Positions 26,759 through 38,538 of a DNA stretch of 64,000 bases are shown piece by piece (within the stretch, counting starts at the first letter, position 1; the number at the start of each line of letters is the position of its first letter). The stretch comes from an uncultured delta proteobacterium (GTDB lineage Bacteria; Desulfobacterota; Desulfuromonadia; Geobacterales; DSM-12255): contig CAWBBV010000007.1 in the NCBI GenBank assembly GCA_963787125.1, positions 541,493-605,492 on the forward strand. The letters run 5' to 3'. The position numbers and the translations under genes are program-made. Under the pieces are notes generated by a model that saw nothing but the letters and a program-made list of their open reading frames with translations, did no database searches and had not been told where the DNA came from.

Positions 26759-28408
26759 CTAAATCAAACTTTCTATTTTACTCTGCTTGCCCCTTAACAG
26801 CTTGATCCGGTCACTGAGTCGGGCAATTTCAGAAAGGTAGTCACTTGGAATTGCCTGTAATGCCAGTTCATATTGCTGAATAGCTTCCTCACTTCTGCCG
26901 AGCATATCCAGCGTACTGCCATAATTATTCAGAAGTGCGAACTTATCAGGCTGCATTGTCACCGTCCGTTCAATGTACGCTTCAGGTTGCATTGCCACGG
27001 TTCGTGCAAAGTATGGCAGGGCTTCTTCATAGCGTTCTGCTTGAAAATAAAAAGTTCCAATCTTACTGAGGGCAGCAATATCATTGGGCGACAGCTTAGT
27101 GACTATTAGCCATTCACTTAGAGCGGCTGTCATATTGTGCCCTTTTTCATAGACCTCACCAAGATTATAGTGAGGGTTCACGGAGTCGGGATAAACCTTT
27201 GTGGCAGACTGAAAGAGGGTAATATCGTTATACCAGTCGCTGCTACGAACAATCGTGCGAGCCATTAGAAGTGCAAATATGATGCATACAATGACGCTGC
27301 CCGTAACAAATCTTTTGCGTATCAGTACAATGCCGAGGCCCGACGCAATTAGAGAAACCCCGGCGAAGGGGCCATAGAGATGCCGCTCTGCCATTGGGGC
27401 ACCGGGAACTGCCCAAAATCCCAAAACTGGAACCAGTAAGCAAACGGCCCAGAATAAGCCGAACTTTATTGTTTTTCCGCCATAACGTATGATCGCAATT
27501 ATTCCTGTTGTCAGCACGAACCAAACGGTGACAAGTAGGGGAGCCAATTCTCGCAGGTTCACTGGAACTTGATGCCAGATAGTAAGTTTAGCCGGCCATG
27601 TAACTAGAAGAAGATAGCGGGGAATGATGTAAATGTTTTTTATGATTCTTGACGACATTCCAGCTATTGACAGGGAGGGGATATTTTCTAAAGCCATTGC
27701 ATTGTCGCGTAGAAGCCAATATCCAACCAATGCAGTAAGTAAAGGCAGGACGCTCAGCGCCAAGTTTTTGAACGGGTATTTTTCTGTATAACAGTAGCCG
27801 ACGATTAGCGGTAGCACCATGACTGCCATTTCCTTTGACAGGGCAGCAAAAAGGAAAAGAGATGCAGACAATAAAAACCAGCGATACCGGTTTGTCTTAA
27901 TGCCACGCTGGAATGCAAGCATAGTAGCCAACATGAAAAAGAACGAGAGGAGAGTGTTCCTTGCAAATATTGCAAAAACTGGTTCGGAAATTCCCGGATG
28001 AATTGCAAATAACAAGGCTGCAAGTAGTGCTGGCAACACTTCACGGAAGAGAGAACGGGCAACAAGGAAAAGAAGCAGCACGTTTGCAAGGTGTAATAGA
28101 AGGTTTTCAGCATGGAAGCACCAGGCATGCAAGTCGAATAGCTGGCGGTCAATAACGTACGTGGCCCGCGCCAGAGGCCTGTAAAATGGGGCTTTAGGCC
28201 AGCCGCTAATGCTATCTGTAAGTACAAACAGCTGGGGCAGGTTGCGCAGGTCACTGTTAAGGGGGTATTTTTCCACGACGTCATGATCATCCCAGACAAA
28301 GCCATTGCGGAGAGAGCCGGAATAAACTGCTGTAGTTGCAATAACAAGGATTAGTAATGCCATGAAGAGGCGTCTGCTCAAGTAAGTTTCGCAGGTATTA
28401 TAATCCAT
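26759..28408 (-). CDS. Multi-TM TPR protein (TMTC-like GT-C glycosyltransferase)
   Basis: FVWDD loop, YRPL, HP...E, SKE, AERHLY, C-terminal TPR repeats. Confidence 0.82.
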   Translation of the reverse strand: MDYNTCETYLSRRLFMALLILVIATTAVYSGSLRNGFVWDDHDVVEKYPLNSDLRNLPQLFVLTDSISGWPKAPFYRPLARATYVIDRQLFDLHAWCFHAENLLLHLANVLLLFLVARSLFREVLPALLAALLFAIHPGISEPVFAIFARNTLLSFFFMLATMLAFQRGIKTNRYRWFLLSASLFLFAALSKEMAVMVLPLIVGYCYTEKYPFKNLALSVLPLLTALVGYWLLRDNAMALENIPSLSIAGMSSRIIKNIYIIPRYLLLVTWPAKLTIWHQVPVNLRELAPLLVTVWFVLTTGIIAIIRYGGKTIKFGLFWAVCLLVPVLGFWAVPGAPMAERHLYGPFAGVSLIASGLGIVLIRKRFVTGSVIVCIIFALLMARTIVRSSDWYNDITLFQSATKVYPDSVNPHYNLGEVYEKGHNMTAALSEWLIVTKLSPNDIAALSKIGTFYFQAERYEEALPYFARTVAMQPEAYIERTVTMQPDKFALLNNYGSTLDMLGRSEEAIQQYELALQAIPSDYLSEIARLSDRIKLLRGKQSKIESLI

Positions 28409-28639
28409 CTCAATGACTCCTTTCTAATTATCCACCCGTCACCGTTTCTTCTGAATCGAATATGACTCTATTGATGAGAAAATAGAACTCTATACATATT
28501 TTTTCAGGAAACATACCACCACGGACAGGGCACAGTCAAAGGGATCTACGAACTACAGGTGCGATCACTGGGGACATCCATACCTAAAAGTTTCCCTATC
28601 AAAGCCACACCTCCAGAAGCAATCATCCATAAATTGCGC

Positions 28640-28668
28640 TTGTAACTTGTTAGGTTACAGCCTACACT
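28640..28668 (+). promoter_or_regulatory. Putative higBA promoter with overlapping operator
   Basis: TTGTAA-N17-TACACT ending 6 nt before the ATG; palindrome TGTAAC-N7-GTTACA at 28641-28659. Confidence 0.65.
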
Positions 28669-28674
28669 GTTTTC

Positions 28675-28953
28675 ATGATAAAAAGCTTTCGCCATAAAGG
28701 GATTCAGGGATTCTTTGAGACCGGTTCAAAAGCCGGAATTCAGGCGAGTCATGCTGCCCGGCTCCGCGTTCAGCTCACCCGGCTTGATGATGCAATCACT
28801 CCTCAGGATATGAATGCGCCTGGATGGCGACTGCATCAGCTAACAGGTAAGCTGGCCGGTCACTGGTCGGTTACAGTGAATGGTAACTGGCGGTTGACCT
28901 TTATGTTCGAGGGTGAAGACGCAGTTCTGGTTGATTATCAGGATTACCATTGA
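28675..28953 (+). CDS. higB: HigB-like toxin (plasmid maintenance killer family)
   Basis: MIKSFRHKG...LHQLTG...WSVTVNGNWRLTF...DYQDYH. Confidence 0.93.
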   Translation: MIKSFRHKGIQGFFETGSKAGIQASHAARLRVQLTRLDDAITPQDMNAPGWRLHQLTGKLAGHWSVTVNGNWRLTFMFEGEDAVLVDYQDYH

Positions 28954-28965
28954 AAGGAGTAGCGT

Positions 28966-29256
28966 ATGGCAAGAATGTGTAATCCGGCTCATCCCGGAGA
29001 AGTGTTACGAGAGTTTCTTCCAGCCGACATGACCGTTGGAGAGGTGGCGGCCCGCCTTGGCGTGTCACGCCCGCACCTGTCCCGGCTCCTGAATGGTCAT
29101 GCTTCTATGACGGCTGACATGGCCATCAGGGTAGGTCTTTTAACCGGCACTTCGCCTGAGTCATGGCTGTCAAATCAGCTGAAGTGGGATTTGTGGCACT
29201 GTATGCAAAAGAAACGCCCCACGATTGAGCCGCTTCCAATGGCGAAAGCGGCGTAG
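28966..29256 (+). CDS. higA: HigA antitoxin (Xre HTH)
   Basis: PAHPGEVLRE...AARLGVSR...MTADMAIR...PESWLSNQ. Confidence 0.93.
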   Translation: MARMCNPAHPGEVLREFLPADMTVGEVAARLGVSRPHLSRLLNGHASMTADMAIRVGLLTGTSPESWLSNQLKWDLWHCMQKKRPTIEPLPMAKAA

Positions 29257-29268
29257 AAAGGTAGTCCT

Positions 29269-31298
<2,030 letters not shown>

Positions 31299-31302
<4 letters not shown>

Positions 31303-32273
31303 AGATCCTTGATTCATCCGGCCTGGCAGCTTTTCTTGCCACGGTTGCCAAGGAGTTCAACCTGATCCTGCCGGTGATAGCTGCCGGCGGATGCAGGATA
31401 TTCGGCACTCTGCAGACAGGAACCGCAGCGCTGCGAGGCGGCGCGCTCCCTGCCAAGCCGACAGCCAGCTTCTTCCCCCAGGAGGAGGAGATTTACAGGG
31501 AAGGCGCCGCCGTCGCTGAACGCCCCACGAAAAAAGGGCTTTTCATCGGCTTTACCCCCAAGGATCTTCTCTGTCTGAAATTCACCGACCGTTTCTTTGG
31601 CGACGGTTTTCGTGATGACATCTACTTCGCCAGGCGCGAAGGGGCCATCATCGCTGCCGTGTCAGGATATACGGGATGTGACGGCGCCTTTCTCCCCCCG
31701 GCTCTTGGTGATTGCGACCTGGAATTTATCTTTGATGGCACAAACTGGATCATAAACCCGTACAGCGAGGCAGGACGGGCGGTTGCAGCCCTTACCCCTT
31801 GCGATGCGCCGAATGACGCCCTGTCAGAGGTGCTGGCAAAAGCAGCGGCTTATGTGGATGACGAGGCAGCCATTGTCAAGAGAGCCTCCCAACTTCTCAT
31901 GGCTAATCTCGTTCCCGACAGCTTCTGGGAGGAGATTGCCGCCTCCTGCATCCTCTGCACCGGCTGCAATCTCGTCTGCCCCACCTGCACCTGCTTCGGT
32001 GTCAGGGACTGGCGCGACGAAACCGGGTTTTCAAGGAGCCGGATGTGGGACTCATGCCAGTTGGACGGCTTTGCTCGTGAGGCCGGTGGCCACAACCCTC
32101 TTGGGACGGAGGCGCTCCGCACCCGCCGCCGCATTCATCACAAGCTGGCGGCCGACCTGACGAAATGGGGCGAGACAGGCTGTTTCACCTGCGGCAGGTG
32201 CGACGCTGTCTGCCCGACCGGGATCGGGATTGTGGCGGTGGCGCGGAAGATGGTGGCGAGGTTTGGTAGGTGA
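31299..32273 (+). CDS. 4Fe-4S dicluster protein (AsrA / sulfhydrogenase beta / FlxB-like)
   Basis: CILCTGCNLVCPTCTCF...WDSC...CFTCGRCDAVCPTGI; ATGA-coupled to fdh. Confidence 0.88.
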
Positions 32274-32446
32274 CACATCCGCGCTTTGTGAAATGCAGAG
32301 TCACTGAGATGAATCGGTATCCTGCTTATCACGGTTTCATTCAGGCATTCCGAGTAAGGATGAATGTATGAGCTGGAGTAGTTTCAAGAAGTTTGATATA
32401 TCTTCAGTATCTTGGAACCTTACACCGATTAAAGGGAGGCATAATC

Positions 32447-32752
32447 ATGCCCCGTATTCATCCTGTATCCGATCTCAAAAACAACTTGAATCATCTTTCA
32501 GAAATATGCCGTAAAGAGCATGAGCCGGTTTATCTCACTCGCAAGGGGCACGGCGAGCTTGTTCTTATTGGCATGGAAGAATATGAACAGATGGTGGCAA
32601 AGCTGAAAGCCGTCGAAGAGGAAGATGCCGAGATTGAAGCCCTGTGGGTTGCCGAGATTCAGGAGCGGTATCAAACAATAAAGGAAGGGACTGTCACCTG
32701 CATACCAGCTGATGAAGCAATGAGACAGGCGCGTGAACGGCTCAGACGATGA
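32447..32752 (+). CDS. Antitoxin: Phd/YefM N-terminus plus addiction-module-component C-terminus
   Basis: GGGAGG RBS; PVSDLKNN...EPVYLTRKG...MEEYE then EIEALWVAEIQERY...GTVTCIPADE. Confidence 0.85.
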   Translation: MPRIHPVSDLKNNLNHLSEICRKEHEPVYLTRKGHGELVLIGMEEYEQMVAKLKAVEEEDAEIEALWVAEIQERYQTIKEGTVTCIPADEAMRQARERLRR

Positions 32753-33057
32753 AGCCGGTCGAATATCACCCCTCAGCGCTTGAAGAACTTATTCAGACAG
32801 CGGAATATTACGAATCGAAGGTTGTCGGGCTTGGGCAGCGTTTTCTTGATGAGATTGAACTTTGCGTGGTCGATATGGCAGAAGCGCCGGAACGCTGGCC
32901 ATATTTCCTTCTGAACACCAGGAGACGCCTGCTGGACCGCTTTCCGTATATGCTCGTTTATCTGGACGAAATAGATCGGATATACATCCTGGCGACCATG
33001 CATCAGAAGCGCAGACCGGGATACTGGAAGAAGCGATTGAACCAGGGAGAAATGTGA
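32749..33057 (+). CDS. RelE/ParE-family toxin
   Basis: YHPSALEEL...YYE...GLGQRF...RFPYMLVY...ILATMHQKRRPGYW; ATGA-coupled to the antitoxin. Confidence 0.92.
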   Translation: MKPVEYHPSALEELIQTAEYYESKVVGLGQRFLDEIELCVVDMAEAPERWPYFLLNTRRRLLDRFPYMLVYLDEIDRIYILATMHQKRRPGYWKKRLNQGEM

Positions 33058-33067
33058 TTTCGAGATG

Positions 33068-33109
33068 AAGCCGCTCAGGTCAGCATGGTGCTGATAGGGC
33101 GGCTTTTTT
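33068..33109 (+). terminator. Intrinsic terminator after TA pair
   Basis: AAGCCGCTC...GGGCGGCTT followed by a T run. Confidence 0.7.
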
Positions 33110-33158
33110 ATGCCTGTGAATAGTTTACGACATATTGCATGCTGCGCCACGTTAGACC

Positions 33159-33386
33159 GTGGCCTCTGGCAGAAGGGATAATCGCCCTACCGGTGTTGTG
33201 TTTGGCTTCGTCGGATTGGTTGCCATGACCGGCGAGGGGGTTGAGTGGTCAAATTTGAGATTTGGAGACTTGACCCTCAGCGGCTTCTGTTGTTTTATGC
33301 TGATTGTGATCCTGAAATTCGCCACGCTGCAGGTGGCGAATTGGAAACCGATAAAGAACGCCATAACAAAGGTGGCTTTTGGATGA
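33159..33386 (+). pseudogene. Possible fragment of an EamA/DMT transporter gene
   Basis: GVVFGFVGLVAMTG...NLRFGDL resembles the DMT mid-junction; too short for a full gene. Confidence 0.3.
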
Positions 33387-33750
33387 TATGGCACAGGCAG
33401 TTGAGACTGTAGATGCTGTCATGGGTTTTTCGCTATCTCCTCATTCGCGACCATGCTTAATTATCCGATAATCATCTGATGGTTTTCCGTAATAATCCGA
33501 TTTTAAAATATCGGACCGGGGAAAAAATTGGTGGAGAAATCATTCTCAAACCTTTTTATCAGGCATATTCCGCGCGCTTCCCAATTGCACGCCCAAGGGG
33601 TGCTGAATTGGCAACTGCTGACGAAACGAGGATGAAACCGTCTGGCTGACACAAAAGCTTATGGAGGTGCTGTTCGAGGTAGATGTGCGCACACTCAATG
33701 AGCCCTTCAAAAAATATGCTTGAAAATGGTGAAAACCAACGAGGTGAAAA

Positions 33751-35418
33751 ATGAAAAAAACTGCTTTTGTAGCGCTATGTCTGGTTCTCGTTTCTGTTGC
33801 GTCGGCTGTTCAAGCAGGGCAGATCATCGCCGAATCGCGGATCTCGGAAGTAACTGTTTTCAACGACCGGGCGATGGTGAAGCGAGCCGCGACGGTGAAG
33901 CTCGAAAAGGGGGAGAATGTTGTTGTCTTCGAAGGTCTCCCTCTGCAGGTATCCGAAGATACCTTGCGGGCAGAGGGGAAGGGGACGACGGTCGCTAGGA
34001 TAGAGGGGCTTGCCATCAGAACCGTCTTCCTGGAAAACAGCAGTGAAAAGCGGATCCGGGATATTGAGGGGGAGATTCAGACCCTGGAGCGATCAGTAAA
34101 GAGGATCGATGCGCGCCGCACTTCGCTCACCGCCCAGAAGGCGTTCGTCGATTCCATCAAGCTTGGCTGGGGAGAGCGGATCTCAAGGGATCTTGCCCTT
34201 GGCAAGCCGTCATCAACCGAGCTTGGTGAGGCGAGCCGTTTTGTCGGCGAATCAATGCTGAAGGTTGAGGAGGGACTTTTTGACGCAGAGGCTGAGAAAA
34301 AGCCTATTCTAGACAGGATTGCAGCCCTCAGAAAACAGCTTGCCGACATCAGTCGCAGTGGCAGAAAAGAGGTGCGCAGCGCCGAAGTGACCATCGATGC
34401 AGCCACAGCCATGAAGCTGGATCTGGAGCTCTCCTACCTTGTCAGCCAGGCCAGATGGGAGCCGACCTATGATATCCGCCTTAGCGCCGACGGCAAGAGC
34501 GCCGAGCTGCTCTATCGTGCGATCATTGCTCAGAGTTCCGGCGAAGATTGGAACGGGGTCAATCTTTCACTGTCAACGGCAGCGCCGTCTGCCGGCAGCG
34601 CTCCACCGGAATTGCAGCAATGGAATATCAATTTTCCGGAGCCTGTGAGGCCGGTTGCAGCCCGCGCCTACAAGATGGCGATGAAGGCTGCTGCTTCGGC
34701 GCCGATGGCGGTTGAGGTCGATTCGATGCAAGCTGAGTATGGTGGGAGTTCTCCTGAAGCAGCAATGCTCAAGGCGAGCCATCAATCAAGCCTTGTCAGC
34801 GAAGGGCAGAATTCGGTGCAGTTCACCATCCCGAAGAGCATTGACATTCCTGCTGACGGCAGCAGGCAGACCAGTCTGATTGCTGCTGAGAAGATTCCTG
34901 TCAAGGCCGAATTCGTAACTGTTCCGAAACTGTCGCAGGCCGTTTTTCTCAAGAGTGAAGTCACCAACAGCTCTTCATATCCGCTCCTCGCCGGAGTGGT
35001 GAATGTCTTCAACGACTCTGCCTATGTGGGTAAATCCTACCTCAAGGCAGTTGCCCCCGGTGAAAAGTTCGACCTCTTTTTCGGCAGCGACAGTGCTGTA
35101 AAGGTCAAGCGGAGCGTGACAAAGGTGCGTAAGGAGGCCGGGATTCTGGCCGGAAATGCCGTCAGCTGGCACTGCACGGTGGAGCTGGAAAATTTCCGTA
35201 AGGAGGAGATAGCTCTCTCATTGATTGACCAGATCCCGGTAGCCGGGAATGAAGAGATTAAAGTAGCGATCAGAAACAACGAGCCGGCCGCAACTGAAAG
35301 CCGCAATGACGGCAGGCAACTCTGGAGGCTTAGTCTCAAGCCGGGCGAGAAGCGGACAGTGAACTATCAAATTGATGTCGAGTATCCGAAAGGGAAAGAT
35401 ATAACCGGCGCGGACTAA
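33751..35418 (+). CDS. DUF4140/DUF4139 (MuiA-family) exported protein
   Basis: Signal peptide, ISEVTVFNDRAMVKR, coiled coil, WEPTYDIR, QSSGEDW-x2-VNLSLST. Confidence 0.88.
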   Translation: MKKTAFVALCLVLVSVASAVQAGQIIAESRISEVTVFNDRAMVKRAATVKLEKGENVVVFEGLPLQVSEDTLRAEGKGTTVARIEGLAIRTVFLENSSEKRIRDIEGEIQTLERSVKRIDARRTSLTAQKAFVDSIKLGWGERISRDLALGKPSSTELGEASRFVGESMLKVEEGLFDAEAEKKPILDRIAALRKQLADISRSGRKEVRSAEVTIDAATAMKLDLELSYLVSQARWEPTYDIRLSADGKSAELLYRAIIAQSSGEDWNGVNLSLSTAAPSAGSAPPELQQWNINFPEPVRPVAARAYKMAMKAAASAPMAVEVDSMQAEYGGSSPEAAMLKASHQSSLVSEGQNSVQFTIPKSIDIPADGSRQTSLIAAEKIPVKAEFVTVPKLSQAVFLKSEVTNSSSYPLLAGVVNVFNDSAYVGKSYLKAVAPGEKFDLFFGSDSAVKVKRSVTKVRKEAGILAGNAVSWHCTVELENFRKEEIALSLIDQIPVAGNEEIKVAIRNNEPAATESRNDGRQLWRLSLKPGEKRTVNYQIDVEYPKGKDITGAD

Positions 35419-35420
35419 CT

Positions 35421-36512
35421 TTAGAGAATCGCGTCAATAGCTTCAAAATCGATCTCTTTTTCCGCATGATTCTTGATCCAGTTGAGTTTTTCAACGTCTT
35501 CCACTGTGATCTTGGCAACATCTTCGCTCAGAGCGGTGTAGACGTCTGCCGTTGTCTCAAGTACCCGGATATAGGGTATGCCGCTGTCTTCAACTATCTT
35601 CTGGCTTATTTCCGATACCAGGTTGCGCCCGGTGATAATAAGGCCGGCAATTTTCTCCTGATATTCAGGGATATGATAAAGGGACGAAATTGTCACCAGG
35701 AGCTCATCCCTTGAACCGGTGACAACAAGGAGAGTATCTTCCAGCAGGTTGTCGACAACCCTTTGCGAAGATGCTGCGCCAAGCTGGATATTGTGAATTA
35801 TTCTGCTTCTTTCGCCTTCATTAGCGCGGAGTGGCAGGCCGAAAAGTCTTGAGATGTGTCCGAGAGTCGGGTTTGCCAAAATAGGGGAGTAGTTGAAGCC
35901 TCCGGTTATGTTGAGGGGTTCACCGGCAAAGGCCAATCGGACTAGGTCGATAATATGTTTACGTTTGTCATATCTGACCTTGTTGATTACTGCGAGGCGG
36001 ACATCGGCCTTTTCCTTCTCAAAAAGCGCCATATTGAGGCGGATGGAATCGACAACGCTGCCGATGCCGCTCCCGGCAACAATAATAACCGGAGCCTCAA
36101 GCAGGTGAGCTACACGGGCATTGTTCAGGCCGATAATTGAACCGACTCCGGCATGGCCTGCCCCTTCAATAATCAGTAAATCGTATTTTTTTTCCAGCGC
36201 GCTAACTGCTGTCAATACTCTGGTTTCGAGTTCACTCTGGGTAATCTTGCCGGCAAGGAACTCTTTGGTGAAATTCTTGTGCAGGGCAACCGGTGACATG
36301 AGATGAATGTCGTTTTCAAGCCCGTAGGCTTTTGCCATCAGGGCTGCATCCATATCAACCATCCGGTCGCCGAACATCTCTATTTTGGGGCCAATTGGCT
36401 TAATGAAGCCGACGCGGCCATATTTTTTCCTGGCAAGATGCATCAGGGAAACGCTCATGGTGGTCTTTCCACAGTTCTGTCCTGTCGCAGCTACAAATAA
36501 TTTCTTGCACAT
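35421..36512 (-). CDS. Phosphotransacetylase N-terminal-like protein (AAA_26/BioD-like plus DRTGG)
   Basis: ATGQNCGKTT, GFIKPIG, IIEGAGHAGVGS, LLVVTGSR; no PTA catalytic domain. Confidence 0.85.
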   Translation of the reverse strand: MCKKLFVAATGQNCGKTTMSVSLMHLARKKYGRVGFIKPIGPKIEMFGDRMVDMDAALMAKAYGLENDIHLMSPVALHKNFTKEFLAGKITQSELETRVLTAVSALEKKYDLLIIEGAGHAGVGSIIGLNNARVAHLLEAPVIIVAGSGIGSVVDSIRLNMALFEKEKADVRLAVINKVRYDKRKHIIDLVRLAFAGEPLNITGGFNYSPILANPTLGHISRLFGLPLRANEGERSRIIHNIQLGAASSQRVVDNLLEDTLLVVTGSRDELLVTISSLYHIPEYQEKIAGLIITGRNLVSEISQKIVEDSGIPYIRVLETTADVYTALSEDVAKITVEDVEKLNWIKNHAEKEIDFEAIDAIL

Positions 36513-36653
36513 GGCGCGAGCCCCCCCGAAAATATAGGAATTTGGCAATTCATACCATTGTTGGCTGTTGATTAAAACTAAAAAATGATTTAGATTGAGC
36601 TGGCTTTAAATACTGTAAAATGCCTGTTTTCAGATGTGCAGCGGAGGCTAAAA

Positions 36654-38498
36654 ATGAAAAGCCGTATTAACTTGTTGATGCTGACTCTTCTGGCGTTGTT
36701 TCTGACCGCCTGTGGCAGCGGGCTCTCAGGTAATGACACTCTAGCCAACTCAGTCAATAAGTCACAGGGGTGCATTACATCCTCATGCCATGGAAATTCG
36801 CAGTGGGTCTCCCCTGTTACCGGAAACATGATTGTTGATGAGTGGAAATCCTCTATTCATTACAAAATGAATGTTGCCGGTTGCACTAACTGTCACAGTC
36901 ACGCCCATGCCAATAGCTGTACAAGCTGCCACGGAGGTGGTGCGCCAGTTGGTGTAGCGAGTGACACTGGAAATACCATTTGCTTCAGATGCCACGATGG
37001 GGCGAATACCATGAAGCCTTTGGAAGGAAGACATACCTCGGCAACGCCTCAGTTTACCAACCTTACTTCGCCCCTCCCTAATTCACTCAATTCGGCAGGT
37101 TATGCCGTTTTGCGTGGAACCCCTTATGAAAGCGCCTGTAGCTGGTGTCATAATCCTCACAATAACAACGTAACTGAGCAACATCATGATTGGTCTGAAT
37201 CAGGACATGGAGAGGTTAAAGCCGAACCTTTCATGCATTATGATTTCAAGGTTAGAGGCACAGACAATGCTTCTCCCAAAACCTCGGCGGCTACTGACTG
37301 TGTCAGGTGTCACACTTCGACCGGTTACATAAACTATGTTAATTCAGATTTTAACGATATCCGCCCCTGGGGTGCGGCACGCAATCCTGATGGCACATTA
37401 GTAGGTGCTGGTAGCGTCCCGATCAGTAACCAGAAACAGGTGATTTACTGCAACGTCTGCCATGATAACGGCAGTGGCAGTGCATACGGGTACAGGATGC
37501 GGAAAGTCCAGCAGGTCACCGGATACTACAATTACAAGGTGTCGGGAGTTCCAGCTAGCCCTGCTCTGGCAACTGATTTTTTTGTTTTTCCTGATGTTTC
37601 GACCTCAAACATATGCCTTCCCTGTCATACAGGGCGTGAATCAGGCAGAGTTGTTCAGAAGGTATTCGAATCTATTACCTCTGCCAAGCAGTACAACAAA
37701 CTTTCGTTCATAAATTCTCACTACCTTACGGCTGGCGGAACGGTTTTTAAAGCGACCGGTTACGAATTCGCCAAGCAGTTTGGCAGAAGCTTCAACAATC
37801 CTTCAGATCTGTTCAAGCACGACCAGATTGGAAGGAACAATACCAACGGTACCGGTCTGGACGGGCCTTGCGTCACCTGTCACCTGCGGCCTCGCCGCCA
37901 TACTTTTCTTCCCGTTACGCGGGGTGATTATGTAGCGGCTTCTCCTTTAGTCGATCAGTTCGGCGCAATTTACAACAATCCGTTGAATCAGAGCATTGCA
38001 ACGCTAGAGAGTCCTGTCTGCAACTCCGCCTGCCACTCCTGGACGCCAGGTGATCTTGAAAAAAAGAAAGACGGTTATCGTCATGCCCTCAAGGCCTTCC
38101 AGTCGTTAGTCGAAACCAGTGCCAACTTCACAGGGCGGATTCCGCAGTTTATTCCAACAGCAAATCCTTATTTCTTCAATATGTCGAGTAACGGCACTAA
38201 ACCGCAAAATTACAGCAAAACAAGAACTGCCAGTGCTAATGCATTTAAAAAATGGGGGAATGAAGGGAATATGGGGGCTGCATTCAATCTGAACCTTCTT
38301 TTCCGTGACTTCGGCGGGTTTGCACATAATGATCTGTACGCCAAGAGGCTGATATTTGATTCCATAGACTGGCTGGATGGCGCTGCTGCATTTACTGCCG
38401 GCTTAACGATCAATGCTAAAGATCCAGTCGCCTGGGCTTACATGAATCCGCATCCGTCAGTATCCGCACCCTATGGCGATTATCGGGACAGACCCTAA
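36654..38498 (+). CDS. Multiheme c-type cytochrome lipoprotein (OmcB-like)
   Basis: Lipobox LTAC; 8 CXXCH motifs plus CITSSCH and CNSACH; GAAFNL...AHN...KRLIFDSIDWLD tail. Confidence 0.9.
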   Translation: MKSRINLLMLTLLALFLTACGSGLSGNDTLANSVNKSQGCITSSCHGNSQWVSPVTGNMIVDEWKSSIHYKMNVAGCTNCHSHAHANSCTSCHGGGAPVGVASDTGNTICFRCHDGANTMKPLEGRHTSATPQFTNLTSPLPNSLNSAGYAVLRGTPYESACSWCHNPHNNNVTEQHHDWSESGHGEVKAEPFMHYDFKVRGTDNASPKTSAATDCVRCHTSTGYINYVNSDFNDIRPWGAARNPDGTLVGAGSVPISNQKQVIYCNVCHDNGSGSAYGYRMRKVQQVTGYYNYKVSGVPASPALATDFFVFPDVSTSNICLPCHTGRESGRVVQKVFESITSAKQYNKLSFINSHYLTAGGTVFKATGYEFAKQFGRSFNNPSDLFKHDQIGRNNTNGTGLDGPCVTCHLRPRRHTFLPVTRGDYVAASPLVDQFGAIYNNPLNQSIATLESPVCNSACHSWTPGDLEKKKDGYRHALKAFQSLVETSANFTGRIPQFIPTANPYFFNMSSNGTKPQNYSKTRTASANAFKKWGNEGNMGAAFNLNLLFRDFGGFAHNDLYAKRLIFDSIDWLDGAAAFTAGLTINAKDPVAWAYMNPHPSVSAPYGDYRDRP

Positions 38499-38538
38499 AC
38501 AGGTATGAAATTTATTTCTCAAGATAGGAGGCTTATCA

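Noticed and set aside
33618..33640. CTGACGA...GAAA resembling a hammerhead ribozyme core
   Set aside because: Stem II cannot form between the two motifs and the flanking stems are not evident.
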